In this document: positions 41,057 to 51,093 of the stretch, one piece after another
Position numbering within the stretch: the stretch's first letter is position 1
Layout: every line of letters begins with the position of its first letter
DNA from: an uncultured Acidobacteriota bacterium
Lineage (GTDB): Bacteria > Acidobacteriota > Thermoanaerobaculia > Multivoradales > JAHEKO01
Assembly: GCA_963713825.1 (NCBI GenBank)
Contig: CAVQNG010000025.1
Span: 384,001 to 448,000 of the forward strand
Direction: 5' to 3'
Length of the DNA: 64,000 nucleotides
Translations under genes and position numbers: made by a program
Notes under the pieces: generated by a model
The model's input: only the letters and a program-made list of their open reading frames with translations
What the model was told of the DNA's origin: nothing
Databases searched by the model: none

Positions 41057-42178
41057 ATGAGGCAGTCAATCTGGATCGCGGTGGTGTCGGTCGCCTTCCT
41101 AGTCCTGTTGTCCACGGACGCACCAGGACAATCCGACAGCGATCCAGCCCGACAGGCCGACGTCGCCAAGCATATGGAGAACGGTCGCGAAGCTCTTCGA
41201 CAAGGCAGGTTCGAGAGGGCGACTCGGGCCTTCGAGCAGGCTGACAGATTGGCGGGCGGTAGCTCGGCGCCGGCGCTCCTCGGAATCGCCGCGGCGCAGC
41301 TTCAGATGGCGCGCTTCGACGAGGCTGCTCAAAGTGCGGAGAAGGCTCTTGCTGTGGCCTCGGGAATCCCGGATCAGGCGACGGCTCACAACCTGGTGGG
41401 GACTGCATTTTGGGGGCTCTACAACACAGCCCCGGAGCAGCAGGAGGCCTCTGTATTGCTCCTCGAGAGGGCCGAATCGGCATTCGGCCAGGCCCTTCAG
41501 CTGTCGGCAGGCAACCTGAGTATCGCCTGGTCCAATCTCGCGCTCGTCTTGGAGAAGGAGGGCCGCTTTGCGGATGCCGAGGCCGTGCTGCAGGAATACC
41601 TCGAGCGCGTCCCAGAAAGCCAGTCCGCGAAGGAGCGGTTGGTTCTGCTGCAGGAACAACAGGAGTTCAAGGAGTTCGATCAGCGGTGGATCGATCTGGT
41701 CGGCGAAGGTCAGTTGACCGAAGCGGTGCGTGTGATCGAGCAGTATCTCAGTCGATCTTCCAACTATCCCAGAGCCCGATCTCGAGTTTGCTGGTTGCGG
41801 GTAGCCGGATTCGAGGTCGATGGGATTCCACGTCATGGGTCCGGTCTTGATGCTGCCGCCGTCGAGACAAGAGCGAAGGCGGCCGACCTACCCATCAAGG
41901 TGGAAGGTGATGTCGAACCGCCCGAGTTCCTCGAGGGTCCCGAGCCAAGCTACACGGACGAGGCCCGGACAGCTCAGGTCTTCGGCAAAGTGGTTCTCGA
42001 AGCGGTCATCGACAAGCAGGGGAGTGTCCATTGCGCTGCGATTGTCGCCGATTTGCCCTTCGGCCTCGGCCAGTCAGCTGTCGCCGCTGTCCAGAAGTGG
42101 CGCTTTGAGCCAGCGACTCGGAACGGTCAGCCCGTGAATGTGAAATACACCTTCACAATCGGCTTCAGCCTGGATTGA
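41057..42178 (+). CDS. TPR-containing TonB-family protein
   Basis: Signal peptide, TPR helices, and C-terminal TonB_C domain (PSYTDEAR..GKVVLEAVIDKQG..WRFEPA..GQPV). Confidence 0.85.
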   Translation: MRQSIWIAVVSVAFLVLLSTDAPGQSDSDPARQADVAKHMENGREALRQGRFERATRAFEQADRLAGGSSAPALLGIAAAQLQMARFDEAAQSAEKALAVASGIPDQATAHNLVGTAFWGLYNTAPEQQEASVLLLERAESAFGQALQLSAGNLSIAWSNLALVLEKEGRFADAEAVLQEYLERVPESQSAKERLVLLQEQQEFKEFDQRWIDLVGEGQLTEAVRVIEQYLSRSSNYPRARSRVCWLRVAGFEVDGIPRHGSGLDAAAVETRAKAADLPIKVEGDVEPPEFLEGPEPSYTDEARTAQVFGKVVLEAVIDKQGSVHCAAIVADLPFGLGQSAVAAVQKWRFEPATRNGQPVNVKYTFTIGFSLD

Positions 42179-42211
42179 TCCGTCGGCAAGTGCGGCGAAT
42201 CGAGCTTCGAG

Positions 42212-43627
42212 CTAGTCGGCCAGCGGCAAACCGCTGGGTACTACCATCGGCGTATCCCGGCGGATATCGATGCTGTTGGGATCGGTCAGGGCGTACATGA
42301 ACTCCATCAGCAGCTCGAACTCCTTCTGCGTCAGATGACGCGCCGCGAGCTCGTTGGCTTCGACGATGTCGGCGACCAGCTCTGCATCGTCCAGCACCTG
42401 GAAGTCGATCGCAGCCAGGTCCTCTCGATAGGGCAGGACGACCTGATTGCGGTTGTAGCTCTGCATCGAGGAGACGGTGTCGAGTTGGTGTCGCACCATG
42501 TCGCGGAGGTTGTTGAAGGCCCCGATGTGTCCCCATGGGCCTGTCAAGGCGACGTTGCGAAGCGTGGGAGTCCGAAACTTGAATCGGTCGGCCTCGTCGC
42601 CAGTCACCTGCTCGCGTCCGAAGTCTTCGTGGCCGCTTTCGCCGTCGCCCTTCCCCGGGCCTATCTGGGGCATGCATACAGCGTGAAAGTCGTTGTCAGT
42701 TTGGAAGGAGCCGCTGTGGCAGGCGGCGCATCCGGCTTTGCCATAGAAGAGGTTCATTCCCTTGCGCGCCTTCGCGCTCATGGCTTGCCTGTCGCCTCTC
42801 AGAAAGCGGTCGAAAGGGCTCATGTCCGCTCGCCAGGCCGAAGCCTCGAAGGCACCGATGGCGTTGGCCGCGTGAACGTAAGTGATGTCACCCGCGGAGT
42901 TGATGTCCGCAAAAGCCTCAATGAAGAGGTCGACGTAGGTCTCGTTGGATCTAAGGCGATCCGCCAGACGCTCCCACAGGAGGGGGAGGTCGCCGAGGGC
43001 AGCAGCTTGGGAGATCTCGTTTTCGTCGCCCTGGCCGGCCATCTCTGCCGGCGAGGTGACTGGGAACATGGCCTGGGCGGCCAGAACGTTGTCGAGACCC
43101 TCGGGGAAGTCATCGCCAGCGGGATTCCGGAATCCAGATGGCTGGGAGGGATCGACTTCGAGCCTGCCGTCATGGAACATGCGATGGAACTCTTTGGCGC
43201 CAAGATTGAAGACTGGCGGAGCGTTGCGCGGTACCCGTTCGTGAATGGCGTCCTGGCCCGAACCTGTGTCGCGGGTCATCCCGAGCCCTCGGCCGCCTTC
43301 TCCGACGGGCAGCGACAGGCCATCCCCCGTATCGGTCAGGGAGTGGTGGCAGGTGGCGCAGGAGATGTTGCGGTTGCCGCTGAGGAGCTTGTCGAAGAAC
43401 AGGAGGCGCCCGAGCTCCACTTTCAGAGGATCGGGTCGGCCATTGTCGTAGTAGTCACGATCGGTTATCGGTCTCGGTAACCGGGGTCCCCAGGAGTTGC
43501 CTTCACCCCGCTCGCTGGGAGGCTGTGGCGCCCGGTTCGGCTGCTGTGCCCAGCTTGTCGACGGACTGACGGCGACCAGTAGGCTGAGCAAGATCATATT
43601 TGGCGACAAAGGGCGTAGGCTCGACAT
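42212..43627 (-). CDS. Di-haem cytochrome c peroxidase/MauG family protein
   Basis: LGRLLFFDKLLSGN, CATCH, RNAP, CAACH and FRTPTLRNV motifs; signal peptide. Confidence 0.9.
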   Translation of the reverse strand: MSSLRPLSPNMILLSLLVAVSPSTSWAQQPNRAPQPPSERGEGNSWGPRLPRPITDRDYYDNGRPDPLKVELGRLLFFDKLLSGNRNISCATCHHSLTDTGDGLSLPVGEGGRGLGMTRDTGSGQDAIHERVPRNAPPVFNLGAKEFHRMFHDGRLEVDPSQPSGFRNPAGDDFPEGLDNVLAAQAMFPVTSPAEMAGQGDENEISQAAALGDLPLLWERLADRLRSNETYVDLFIEAFADINSAGDITYVHAANAIGAFEASAWRADMSPFDRFLRGDRQAMSAKARKGMNLFYGKAGCAACHSGSFQTDNDFHAVCMPQIGPGKGDGESGHEDFGREQVTGDEADRFKFRTPTLRNVALTGPWGHIGAFNNLRDMVRHQLDTVSSMQSYNRNQVVLPYREDLAAIDFQVLDDAELVADIVEANELAARHLTQKEFELLMEFMYALTDPNSIDIRRDTPMVVPSGLPLAD

Positions 43628-43663
43628 GACTCTCCTCCCAAGATGCCTGTGTCACAAGAGTCC

Positions 43664-43692
43664 AGCATAGCCACGAAAGCGCGGCATTTCAA
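43664..43692 (-). promoter_or_regulatory. Sigma70-type promoter of the peroxidase gene
   Basis: Minus strand TTGAAA-17 bp-TATGCT; GGAGGAG RBS downstream. Confidence 0.6.
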
Positions 43693-43779
43693 ATCAGAGT
43701 CTCAGAGTGAAAGGGCGAGAGGCAACACCCTTTTGGGTGGGTATTTTCTGGGAGCCAGGACAGCGAGCTCCGACGATGC

Positions 43780-44418
43780 TCACTTCTCGGTCAACAGTTC
43801 GCGGAGCACGACCCGGTAGGCGGGCCGATACGCGTCCGCGTAGCTCTTCGAGTGGTGGACGGCGGGGTACCCTTTTCTCTTCAGGGCCGCAAAATGGGCC
43901 TCGAGCTCTGAAGGCGAGAAGGGCAGGAGATTCTCTCGTGCCAACTCCACCGCGCGCTCACAGTAGCTTTCGAGGGCGAGGGGGTCTCCCGAAAATTCCT
44001 CTGCGGTTCTCGCGAAGGCGTCGAGCAGAAGGTCCATTTCTCGACCCGATTGAAGGTGCGGTCGGAGGTTGACTCTCACCAGCCGGCCGTCTGGGCTGAG
44101 TGACTCGTACAGGGACTCGTCGGGTGATGCGGCACTGGATCGCTGCAGCATAGCGAGCTCACGGTCCATCCACTGACTCGCAGCTTCGCGGTTGGGAATG
44201 GCGTGCTCACTTCCCATGGCTGCCTGGTGGAGAAGCTTGTAGAGATCGTCCGGCTGCATTTTCGGGTATCGATCGAGGTGAAACTGGAGAACCTGCTCCA
44301 GGTCTCCTTCCTGACCGGCTGAGGGCTGAGTCGCTGAGAAGAACAGGCCGATCAGGGCGAAGGCAACTAGCCAGCGCTGTGTCGCCGAGCCATGACTGCG
44401 GATGGAGCGATTCTTCAC
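43780..44418 (-). CDS. Conserved hypothetical exported protein
   Basis: YP.MQ..DLYKLLHQ..MG.EH, VRVNL and PAVHHS..Y...YRPAYRVV look like a conserved family; signal peptide; operonic position. Confidence 0.75.
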   Translation of the reverse strand: MKNRSIRSHGSATQRWLVAFALIGLFFSATQPSAGQEGDLEQVLQFHLDRYPKMQPDDLYKLLHQAAMGSEHAIPNREAASQWMDRELAMLQRSSAASPDESLYESLSPDGRLVRVNLRPHLQSGREMDLLLDAFARTAEEFSGDPLALESYCERAVELARENLLPFSPSELEAHFAALKRKGYPAVHHSKSYADAYRPAYRVVLRELLTEK

Positions 44419-44424
44419 GAGCGA

Positions 44425-44802
44425 TCAGGGAAATTCGGCCGGTGACATCCCGATGTCGATGATGGAACAACCTTCGCGAACCTCGATACCGGCTGTTCTC
44501 GCCTCTTCGAGAATCGGGCGGTCTGCCGAGCCCGGGTTGAACCAGACCTCGACACCGCTCATTCCGGCGAGCTCGGTCAGGATCAACCGTGTTCGGGGCG
44601 GGGAAAGGTAGAGACTGATCCTGTCCAGCGGGACCGGGATGGCCTCGAGGGATCGGTAGACAGAGAGGCCTTCGATCTCTTCCTCGTGAGGGTTGATTGG
44701 ATAGACATCCCAGCCGGCGCTCTTGTAGGCGCGAACACACTTGTTGCCGAATTTGCTGCGATCCCTGGAGGCCCCAACGATCGCTATTGCTTTGTCACTC
44801 AT
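44425..44802 (-). CDS. CoA-binding protein (YccU-like)
   Basis: IAIVGASRDRSKFG, YPINP, VWFNPG and GCS; ATGA overlap with the selB stop. Confidence 0.88.
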   Translation of the reverse strand: MSDKAIAIVGASRDRSKFGNKCVRAYKSAGWDVYPINPHEEEIEGLSVYRSLEAIPVPLDRISLYLSPPRTRLILTELAGMSGVEVWFNPGSADRPILEEARTAGIEVREGCSIIDIGMSPAEFP

Positions 44803-46706
44803 CCGGTAGTCCTCACAATCTGGCGAGCGTCGCCGACGCGACGCGTGACGCCCGTTGAGTCGAGATGCTCCAAGATCGGGATGGCCCATTTTCGCGTCAA
44901 GTCGAACCGTTCCTTGAAATCTCCGACGCTGATCGACCCGAGGTCGCTGGACCGCAGCTCTTCGGCAACTTTGGCCAGTGCCTGCGAGGAGATGAAGAGA
45001 CCACCCGGTAGTCGCGCCAGTTTCTTGCTCTGCACCAGATAGTGGATCACGCCATCCAGGATTTGCTGTTTGGCATCCAGTTCCTTGCAGACATCGCTCG
45101 GCGAGGGTGGACGCAAGCCGGCTGCATCGAAGCGCTGCAGAATCGACCTGCTGAGCGCGGATTCGGTGTCAGTCAGGTTGGCGCTGCGGCCAGGAAGGTT
45201 GATCATGTCCCCGTTCACGACGAGGACTTTCTGGGCTTCGAGCCAGCCGAGATAGACGTCATCGAGCTCGGAGCCGCGTCCCGGGAGGATGTGATCAACG
45301 GCCTCGGCCTTAGGCATGCCCTGCGCCAGACGCTGGCGCTGAAAGTAGGACTTGAGAACCCGGCTGGCCCGCTCGACGACCCGACGATAGGCGCTGGGAG
45401 CCAGCCAGCGGGCGCTGTGGCCCGGCCCCGGATCGACCCGCAGTGCCTGCTGATTGGAGACCAGCGCGGCGAGCTCCGGTTCGATGGAGCTCGGCTCCAC
45501 GCCCAGGCGGCGAGCCAGTGCCTCGGTCTCGACTCCGGCCTCTCCCGCCTCCTCGACCCAGAGAGCGAGCGCATCCCGGGTCTCGCCTTCCAGCGCTTGC
45601 AACGCGCCGCCGAGTTGTGCACCCCGGCGGCGGTGCCAGACCGGGTCCAGGATCTGGCCTCCACCCAGAGTCGATTGTGGCGACGGGCGGCGGACGATGA
45701 AGTGGTCACCCCGAATGGCCGTGACCGGGCCCTGGAGGCGGATCTCCACCAGGCCCGTACTGCCGGGCTCGAGCGGGCCACTCAGGGGGCGGAGTCGGCC
45801 GAGCACTTCGCTTGCGTAGAGGTGAAAGCGAATCGGCACAGAGCCGCGAATGGCCTTCGGCGCATCGGGCAGCAGCGTCATCCGACCCGCCAGGCTGGTG
45901 GTCGTCCCGAACTTGCCTGGTGTCACGAGCTGCTCGCCCCGTTCCAGGGCCTCGTGCTTGGTGCCGGTCAGCTGCAGAGCCGTCCGCTCGCCGGCCACTG
46001 CTTGCTCTCGGGTAGAGCCGTGCACCTGAATGCTGCGGACCCGGGTCTTGCTACCTGAAGGCAGTAGGTCCAGGGTGTCGCCGACCCGTGCCCTGCCACT
46101 CACCAGAGTGCCGGTGATGACGAGGCCGAGGCCTTTGAGCAGGAAAGCTCGATCGACGGGGAGCCGGCAGGGCTGTGTCAGGTCGACCTCGGCTTCGTGT
46201 TGCCCCGCCAGCTCGAGAAGGCTGGATCGCAGCTCGGGTAGCCCGGTGCCCGTCACGCTCGAGACGGGGAGGATCTGGGCGCCCGAGAAGGGAGTCTCGG
46301 ACAACAACTCCTCGACCTCCATGGTCGCCAGCTCGACGATATCTTCTGTGACCAGATCGGATTTGGTCAGAGCTACCAGGCAGCCGGGAATGTCGAGCAA
46401 CGAGCAGATGTCGACATGTTCACGGGTCTGGGGCTTGACCCCTTCGTCGGCGGCTACGACGAGGAGCAGGACGCGAATGCCTCCTAGCCCGGCCAGCGCG
46501 TTGTGTACGAAGCGTTCGTGCCCTGGTACATCGATGAAACCAACCTGGAGGTCCTCTTCCCGCAGGTGGGCGAAGCCGAGATCGATGGTGATGCCGCGTT
46601 CCTTCTCTTCGATCCAGCGGTCACAGTCGATGCCCGTCAGGGCCTCGACCAATCGGGTCTTGCCGTGGTCGATATGGCCCGCGGTGCCGACGATGACCCG
46701 CCGCAC
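44799..46706 (-). CDS. selB: Selenocysteine-specific elongation factor
   Basis: GTAGHIDHGKT, RGITIDLGF, DVPGHERF, PQTREH, and winged-helix tail TRKWAIPILEHLD. Probable GTG start at 46706. Confidence 0.95.
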   Translation of the reverse strand: MRRVIVGTAGHIDHGKTRLVEALTGIDCDRWIEEKERGITIDLGFAHLREEDLQVGFIDVPGHERFVHNALAGLGGIRVLLLVVAADEGVKPQTREHVDICSLLDIPGCLVALTKSDLVTEDIVELATMEVEELLSETPFSGAQILPVSSVTGTGLPELRSSLLELAGQHEAEVDLTQPCRLPVDRAFLLKGLGLVITGTLVSGRARVGDTLDLLPSGSKTRVRSIQVHGSTREQAVAGERTALQLTGTKHEALERGEQLVTPGKFGTTTSLAGRMTLLPDAPKAIRGSVPIRFHLYASEVLGRLRPLSGPLEPGSTGLVEIRLQGPVTAIRGDHFIVRRPSPQSTLGGGQILDPVWHRRRGAQLGGALQALEGETRDALALWVEEAGEAGVETEALARRLGVEPSSIEPELAALVSNQQALRVDPGPGHSARWLAPSAYRRVVERASRVLKSYFQRQRLAQGMPKAEAVDHILPGRGSELDDVYLGWLEAQKVLVVNGDMINLPGRSANLTDTESALSRSILQRFDAAGLRPPSPSDVCKELDAKQQILDGVIHYLVQSKKLARLPGGLFISSQALAKVAEELRSSDLGSISVGDFKERFDLTRKWAIPILEHLDSTGVTRRVGDARQIVRTTG

Positions 46707-46719
46707 CTCTGCGGCAGCT

Positions 46720-47175
46720 TCAGTCTTGATCGACAAGGGTTTGGCGCGCCAGGCGGTTGATGGTGGAGCCGTCCGCACGGCCACTGTACCGCGCCATCAT
46801 GGCTTTCATGGTCGGTCCGATGCCCTGTGGTCCGCTCAGGCCCTCGCTCTCGACGAAGGAGCGGATGGCAAGTGCGAGCTCTTCTTCGTCGACCGCCGGC
46901 GGTAGGTACTCCTCGAGGATCGCAGCCTCCCGCTCTTCCTTGTCAGCCAGATCCTCACGCCCGCCGGAGCGATACTGCTCGCTCGCCTCGTGCCGTTGCT
47001 TGATGCCCTTGCGGGTCAGGCTCCAGAGGGTCTCTTCATCAACCTCTGCCCCGGTACGGATCCTCTCGTTGTGGATCGCACTGAGGAGCATTCGGAGGGT
47101 AGCGAGGCGTTCCTGTTCACCGGCCTTGAGAGCCGCCTGCACCTGCTTTTCTATTTCCTGCTGCGGTGTCGTCAT
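46720..47175 (-). CDS. GatB/YqeY domain protein
   Basis: RLATLRML, KQRHEASEQY..GGREDLA.KE..E...LEEYLP and GRADG motifs. Confidence 0.92.
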   Translation of the reverse strand: MTTPQQEIEKQVQAALKAGEQERLATLRMLLSAIHNERIRTGAEVDEETLWSLTRKGIKQRHEASEQYRSGGREDLADKEEREAAILEEYLPPAVDEEELALAIRSFVESEGLSGPQGIGPTMKAMMARYSGRADGSTINRLARQTLVDQD

Positions 47176-47204
47176 GGCCGCATTATATGGCGCCGTGAAA
47201 GTGC

Positions 47205-49418
47205 TTACTGCTGGGGAAGAGTGATCGTGAAAATGGTGCCCTGCGGCTCGTTGTCGTCCGCCTGGATGGTGCCGTGGTGGTCGCTGACGATGCGGTGCAC
47301 GATGGACAGTCCAAGGCCCGTACCGCGCCGCTTGGTCGAGAAGTGCGGCAGAAACAACTTGTCCTTGGCTTCAGGCGGGATGCCTTCTCCGGTGTCGGAG
47401 ATGTTGATCTCCAGGCTGCCGTTGCGGCGATGGACGGCTACCGAGACCTCACCCGGGGCGCTGGTAGCGTCGAGCGCGTTGTCGAGCAGGTTGATCAGAG
47501 CGCGCTTGATCTGTTCCGCATCGAATCGCGCCGTCTGGGCATCGTCATCGATGTGCGCCGTGACTTCGACTCCCGGCTTGATCCCACGATAGAGGTTCAG
47601 TGCCTCGTCGATCAGGCTGTCGAGCTCCACTTCGCCGAGTCGGGGCAACGGCATGCGCGCGAACCGGGAGAACTCGTCCACCATCGACTTCATGGTCTCG
47701 ACTTCGCGGGTGATGAGCTCGACACCTTCTTCGAGGGTCTCACCGAGGTCCGGCGCTTTCTGCTGGTGCTTCTTGAGCATGCGCTCGGCGGAGAGCCGAA
47801 TCGGGGTCAGGGGGTTCTTGATCTCGTGCGCAATGCGGCGGGCGGCCTCGCTCCAAGCCGCCATCTGTTGAGCCTTGACCAGCTCGGTCAGCTCTTCGAG
47901 CACCATGACCCGACCGCTGACCATGTCGTGTCGGTCGCGCATCGTCGTGACCTTGGCCTCGAATGTCTTCCATTCGTCGCCCAACATCATCCTGAAGTCC
48001 TGGGTGATGCGCCGCGATTGCCCGGCGTCCATCTCGAAGAGCTCCGCCAGCTTGCCTCGCTCGGGATCGCTCCATGCCTCTCTCACGGGTTTGCCGACAC
48101 AGTCGCTCTCCTCTTGTTGCAGCATCTTGAGGGCGGCGCCGTTGCAGGTCAGCACGGTGCCTTCTTCATCGACCGAGATCACGCCTGCCGCCAGATTCTG
48201 TAGGACCGCACTGATCACGGCTCTTTCCTCGGCCAGGCGTTGATTCGACATCAGCAGTTCCAGGTTGCTCTCCTCCAGCAGCTCCTTGTTGCGATGTAGC
48301 TCCGCTGTCATGCTGTTGAAAGAGTGCACCAATACTCCGAGCTCGTCGTCGGCGTCTACCTCGACCTGGAAGTCCAGATCGCCGTCGGAGATTCTCTTGG
48401 TGGCCTCGGCCAGGGCCTGGATCGGTACGGTGATCTGTCGGGCGAGGTAGAGACCGACCCAGGACGAGGCCAGGAGGATGAGCAGGGTGACCATCAGGAA
48501 GTTCAGTAGGTAGCCGGCTTCGATGCGGCCCTTGCTGACTTCCAGTTGTCGATAGCCCTGGTAGGCCTGGATGAGTTGTCGACTCTTGCTGGCGATGTCG
48601 GCATCGAGCAGCGTGCCGGCGACTGTCAGTGTGCGGTCTTCCAGAGTCTCCTCATCACCCGGTGCTGCCACCGCGGTCAGCAGCAGTCGCTCCTCGCCTC
48701 CACCGACGCTGACCATGCGGCTGGCCTCGGTGTTACGGAGGGCTTCGACCAGAAAACGCTCTCCGGGCTCGGGCAGGTCCTCCAAGCCGGACTGGGGGTT
48801 GAGGAGGGCATGCACGAACTGTGTTCCGTCGTAGACCGCCAGGAAGTCGAGCTCCAAATCCTCCAGCAGCTGGCCCATGCGGCGCTGTACCTGCGGCCGC
48901 CGACGGGGATTGCGGGGGCTCTCTTCCTCGATCTCTCGCAAGGCGCGGGAGGTATCCCTCAGGGCCGTGTGCTCGATCTGGCGAAACAGCTCCTGGGCTA
49001 CCGCGTGTCCCTGTGTGGCCACAGCTTGAATCGCTGGCTCGTCGAACCACTGATTGATCCAACCTTGCAGCATGCGGCTTCCATAGGCGAAGAGCAGCAG
49101 CACCGGGATCAGGGACAAACCGATATAGGTGGCGACCAGCCTGGTCTTGAACTTCGAGCCCAGGATCCGGTTGTGACGCTCCATAACCAGCTTGAACAGG
49201 TTGCGTGCCAGGACGAACAGAACGGCCAGGATGAGGGTGAGATTGATGTACCAGAGGATGAAAAGGAGGACCCTGTTGGTGACCAGCTCCGAGGGCAGGT
49301 CCTGCCCCCGCTGGGTCAGGTAGTAGAGCAGCGAGAGCGCCAGCAACAGGATGGCCAGGCCGCCGATGATCCAGCGGGTGTCCTTTCTGTAGGTTCGAAT
49401 TCGCTCGCGCAGTGACAT
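47205..49418 (-). CDS. NtrY-like PAS/HAMP sensor histidine kinase
   Basis: TM region, HAMP (DDELGVLVHSFNSM), PAS, H-box AWSEAARRIAHEIKNPLTPI, and HATPase domain. Confidence 0.93.
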   Translation of the reverse strand: MSLRERIRTYRKDTRWIIGGLAILLLALSLLYYLTQRGQDLPSELVTNRVLLFILWYINLTLILAVLFVLARNLFKLVMERHNRILGSKFKTRLVATYIGLSLIPVLLLFAYGSRMLQGWINQWFDEPAIQAVATQGHAVAQELFRQIEHTALRDTSRALREIEEESPRNPRRRPQVQRRMGQLLEDLELDFLAVYDGTQFVHALLNPQSGLEDLPEPGERFLVEALRNTEASRMVSVGGGEERLLLTAVAAPGDEETLEDRTLTVAGTLLDADIASKSRQLIQAYQGYRQLEVSKGRIEAGYLLNFLMVTLLILLASSWVGLYLARQITVPIQALAEATKRISDGDLDFQVEVDADDELGVLVHSFNSMTAELHRNKELLEESNLELLMSNQRLAEERAVISAVLQNLAAGVISVDEEGTVLTCNGAALKMLQQEESDCVGKPVREAWSDPERGKLAELFEMDAGQSRRITQDFRMMLGDEWKTFEAKVTTMRDRHDMVSGRVMVLEELTELVKAQQMAAWSEAARRIAHEIKNPLTPIRLSAERMLKKHQQKAPDLGETLEEGVELITREVETMKSMVDEFSRFARMPLPRLGEVELDSLIDEALNLYRGIKPGVEVTAHIDDDAQTARFDAEQIKRALINLLDNALDATSAPGEVSVAVHRRNGSLEINISDTGEGIPPEAKDKLFLPHFSTKRRGTGLGLSIVHRIVSDHHGTIQADDNEPQGTIFTITLPQQ

Positions 49419-49446
49419 GAAGATGGAGTGGAGCTTCTCGGCGTTG

Positions 49447-49998
49447 TCAGGGCTCGGTGGCCGGGGGTCGGAACTTCCTTGTCGTGACCCAGTCGGTCTC
49501 GATCCGCGTCGGGATGAGGAGCATGATGGTTCGAGAACCCAACTTGGCCCGGGCCTTGATCAGGTAGCGCTTGTCGGGGTTGAGGTCAGTCCCTAGAACG
49601 AAGGCCGGAATCGACTCGATTCGCGTCATGGCTCGCTCGAGCTCATCGCGGTCACGGGCGATTCGACTATCGACCAACTTTCCATCCTGCTTGAAGTTGA
49701 TGAGGTACTCGCGGGTCACGGCGTTGTACATGGCCACCACCTGGAGCTCGCTCGTGTCGATTCGGTTGTCGGCCCACCGGAGATGGTCCCGTAGAAGATT
49801 GAACTGATAGGTGAAGCCGGTGGCCAGCCCTGTTTGAATCTGTTCGAAGAGCTCGTCGGTGAACGCACCCACGAGATCGAAGCTCAGCACGACCCGCTGT
49901 TCATCGAGCACCAGGTCCGGCTCGGTGAGGTAGGGCTTATCGGCCGACGAGCCGAAGAACAGGAAGGCAGTCAGAGCCCAGGTCGTGGTCCACAACAT
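49447..49998 (-). CDS. DUF4390 domain protein
   Basis: Signal peptide, G....F.Y...L.R...W and YNAVTREY; typical position immediately upstream of NtrY-like kinases. Confidence 0.75.
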   Translation of the reverse strand: MLWTTTWALTAFLFFGSSADKPYLTEPDLVLDEQRVVLSFDLVGAFTDELFEQIQTGLATGFTYQFNLLRDHLRWADNRIDTSELQVVAMYNAVTREYLINFKQDGKLVDSRIARDRDELERAMTRIESIPAFVLGTDLNPDKRYLIKARAKLGSRTIMLLIPTRIETDWVTTRKFRPPATEP

Positions 49999-50130
49999 CG
50001 ACGCTCAACTCTAGCACTGACTCCAAGGCCACCCTGGAGTCAGGCGCGATAGACTGCCGATTCCTCGGAGACGCGGGGCGCGCCGAGAATGCCGCTCCTG
50101 CAACGGGGGCGAGAGGACCTCGAGAACTCA

Positions 50131-50592
50131 ATGGGCAAGCCCAAGTCGAAGTACAAACAGTTCGCCAGCAATCGGAAGGCGCGGCACGACTACGACATCC
50201 TCGAGCGGATGGAGGCCGGCATCTCCCTGCTTGGAACTGAAGTGAAGTCGGTGCGCAATGGCAAGGTGCAGCTCAAGGACTCCTACGTCGAGATCCGCGG
50301 CACCGAAGCGTGGCTGGTCGGCGCCCACATCGGGCCCTACAGCCATGGCAACCGAGAGAACCACGATCCAGAGCGGCCACGCAAGTTGTTGTTGAACCGA
50401 CGGGAGATCGATCGCATCTTCGGTCGGACGACGATCCAGGGTCAGACCTGTATTCCCCTGTCGGTCTATCTCAAAGGCAATCGGATCAAGGTCGAGATCG
50501 CTCTCGCCAAAGGCAAGCGGCTTTACGACAAGCGTCAGGCGGAGAAGGAAAAGCTGTTGGACAGAGAAGCGAGGGAGGCGATGGGGGAGTAG
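50131..50592 (+). CDS. smpB: SsrA-binding protein
   Basis: NRKARHDY, EAGISLLGTEVKS, RKLLL and KGKRLYDKR motifs. Confidence 0.97.
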   Translation: MGKPKSKYKQFASNRKARHDYDILERMEAGISLLGTEVKSVRNGKVQLKDSYVEIRGTEAWLVGAHIGPYSHGNRENHDPERPRKLLLNRREIDRIFGRTTIQGQTCIPLSVYLKGNRIKVEIALAKGKRLYDKRQAEKEKLLDREAREAMGE

Positions 50593-50598
50593 GAGAGC

Positions 50599-51093
50599 CT
50601 ACTCCTTGTCCACGGTCACGCTCGTGGTGGAGCGGCGCTTGGCACGCCCACCGGTGTCCTGAATTCTGGCCAGCGCGGTCTGTCCGCCGTATTTCTCGAC
50701 GATGCGGTCGTCGTAGTCGTCGGAGACGTTGGCCACGGCGGCGATGGAACCCAGCAGGTTCTTGCGATCGAGGGTCTTGCCGAACAACGCGTGGGAAAAG
50801 AAGATGTCCCGGCCGACGAGTGAGAAAGCGCCGACGGGAAGCTCGTGGTTGAGCTCGAGGAGGCCTAAAAGCAGCTCTTCTTCGGGCTCGACGCCCTGGG
50901 CGCAGTAGGCGGTCACCAGCACAATCGTCTCTTCGGGCCCGTAGGGCTCGACGGAGACTTCCAGCACGGTGCTGCCATAGCCAACGTAGAAGTGTCCGTT
51001 CTCTGGGTCGAGGTAGGGGTTCTCGAAAAGCTCCAGAAGGTACTTGTGAACTTCTTCGTGTGTGTGCTCGTGATGGGTGTGTTCGAAGTGCAT
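50599..51093 (-). CDS. YbjN / type III chaperone (CesT-like) fold protein
   Basis: GSTVLEV, LLELNHELPVGAF and SDDYDDRIVEKYGG; His-rich N-terminus. Confidence 0.75.
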   Translation of the reverse strand: MHFEHTHHEHTHEEVHKYLLELFENPYLDPENGHFYVGYGSTVLEVSVEPYGPEETIVLVTAYCAQGVEPEEELLLGLLELNHELPVGAFSLVGRDIFFSHALFGKTLDRKNLLGSIAAVANVSDDYDDRIVEKYGGQTALARIQDTGGRAKRRSTTSVTVDKE

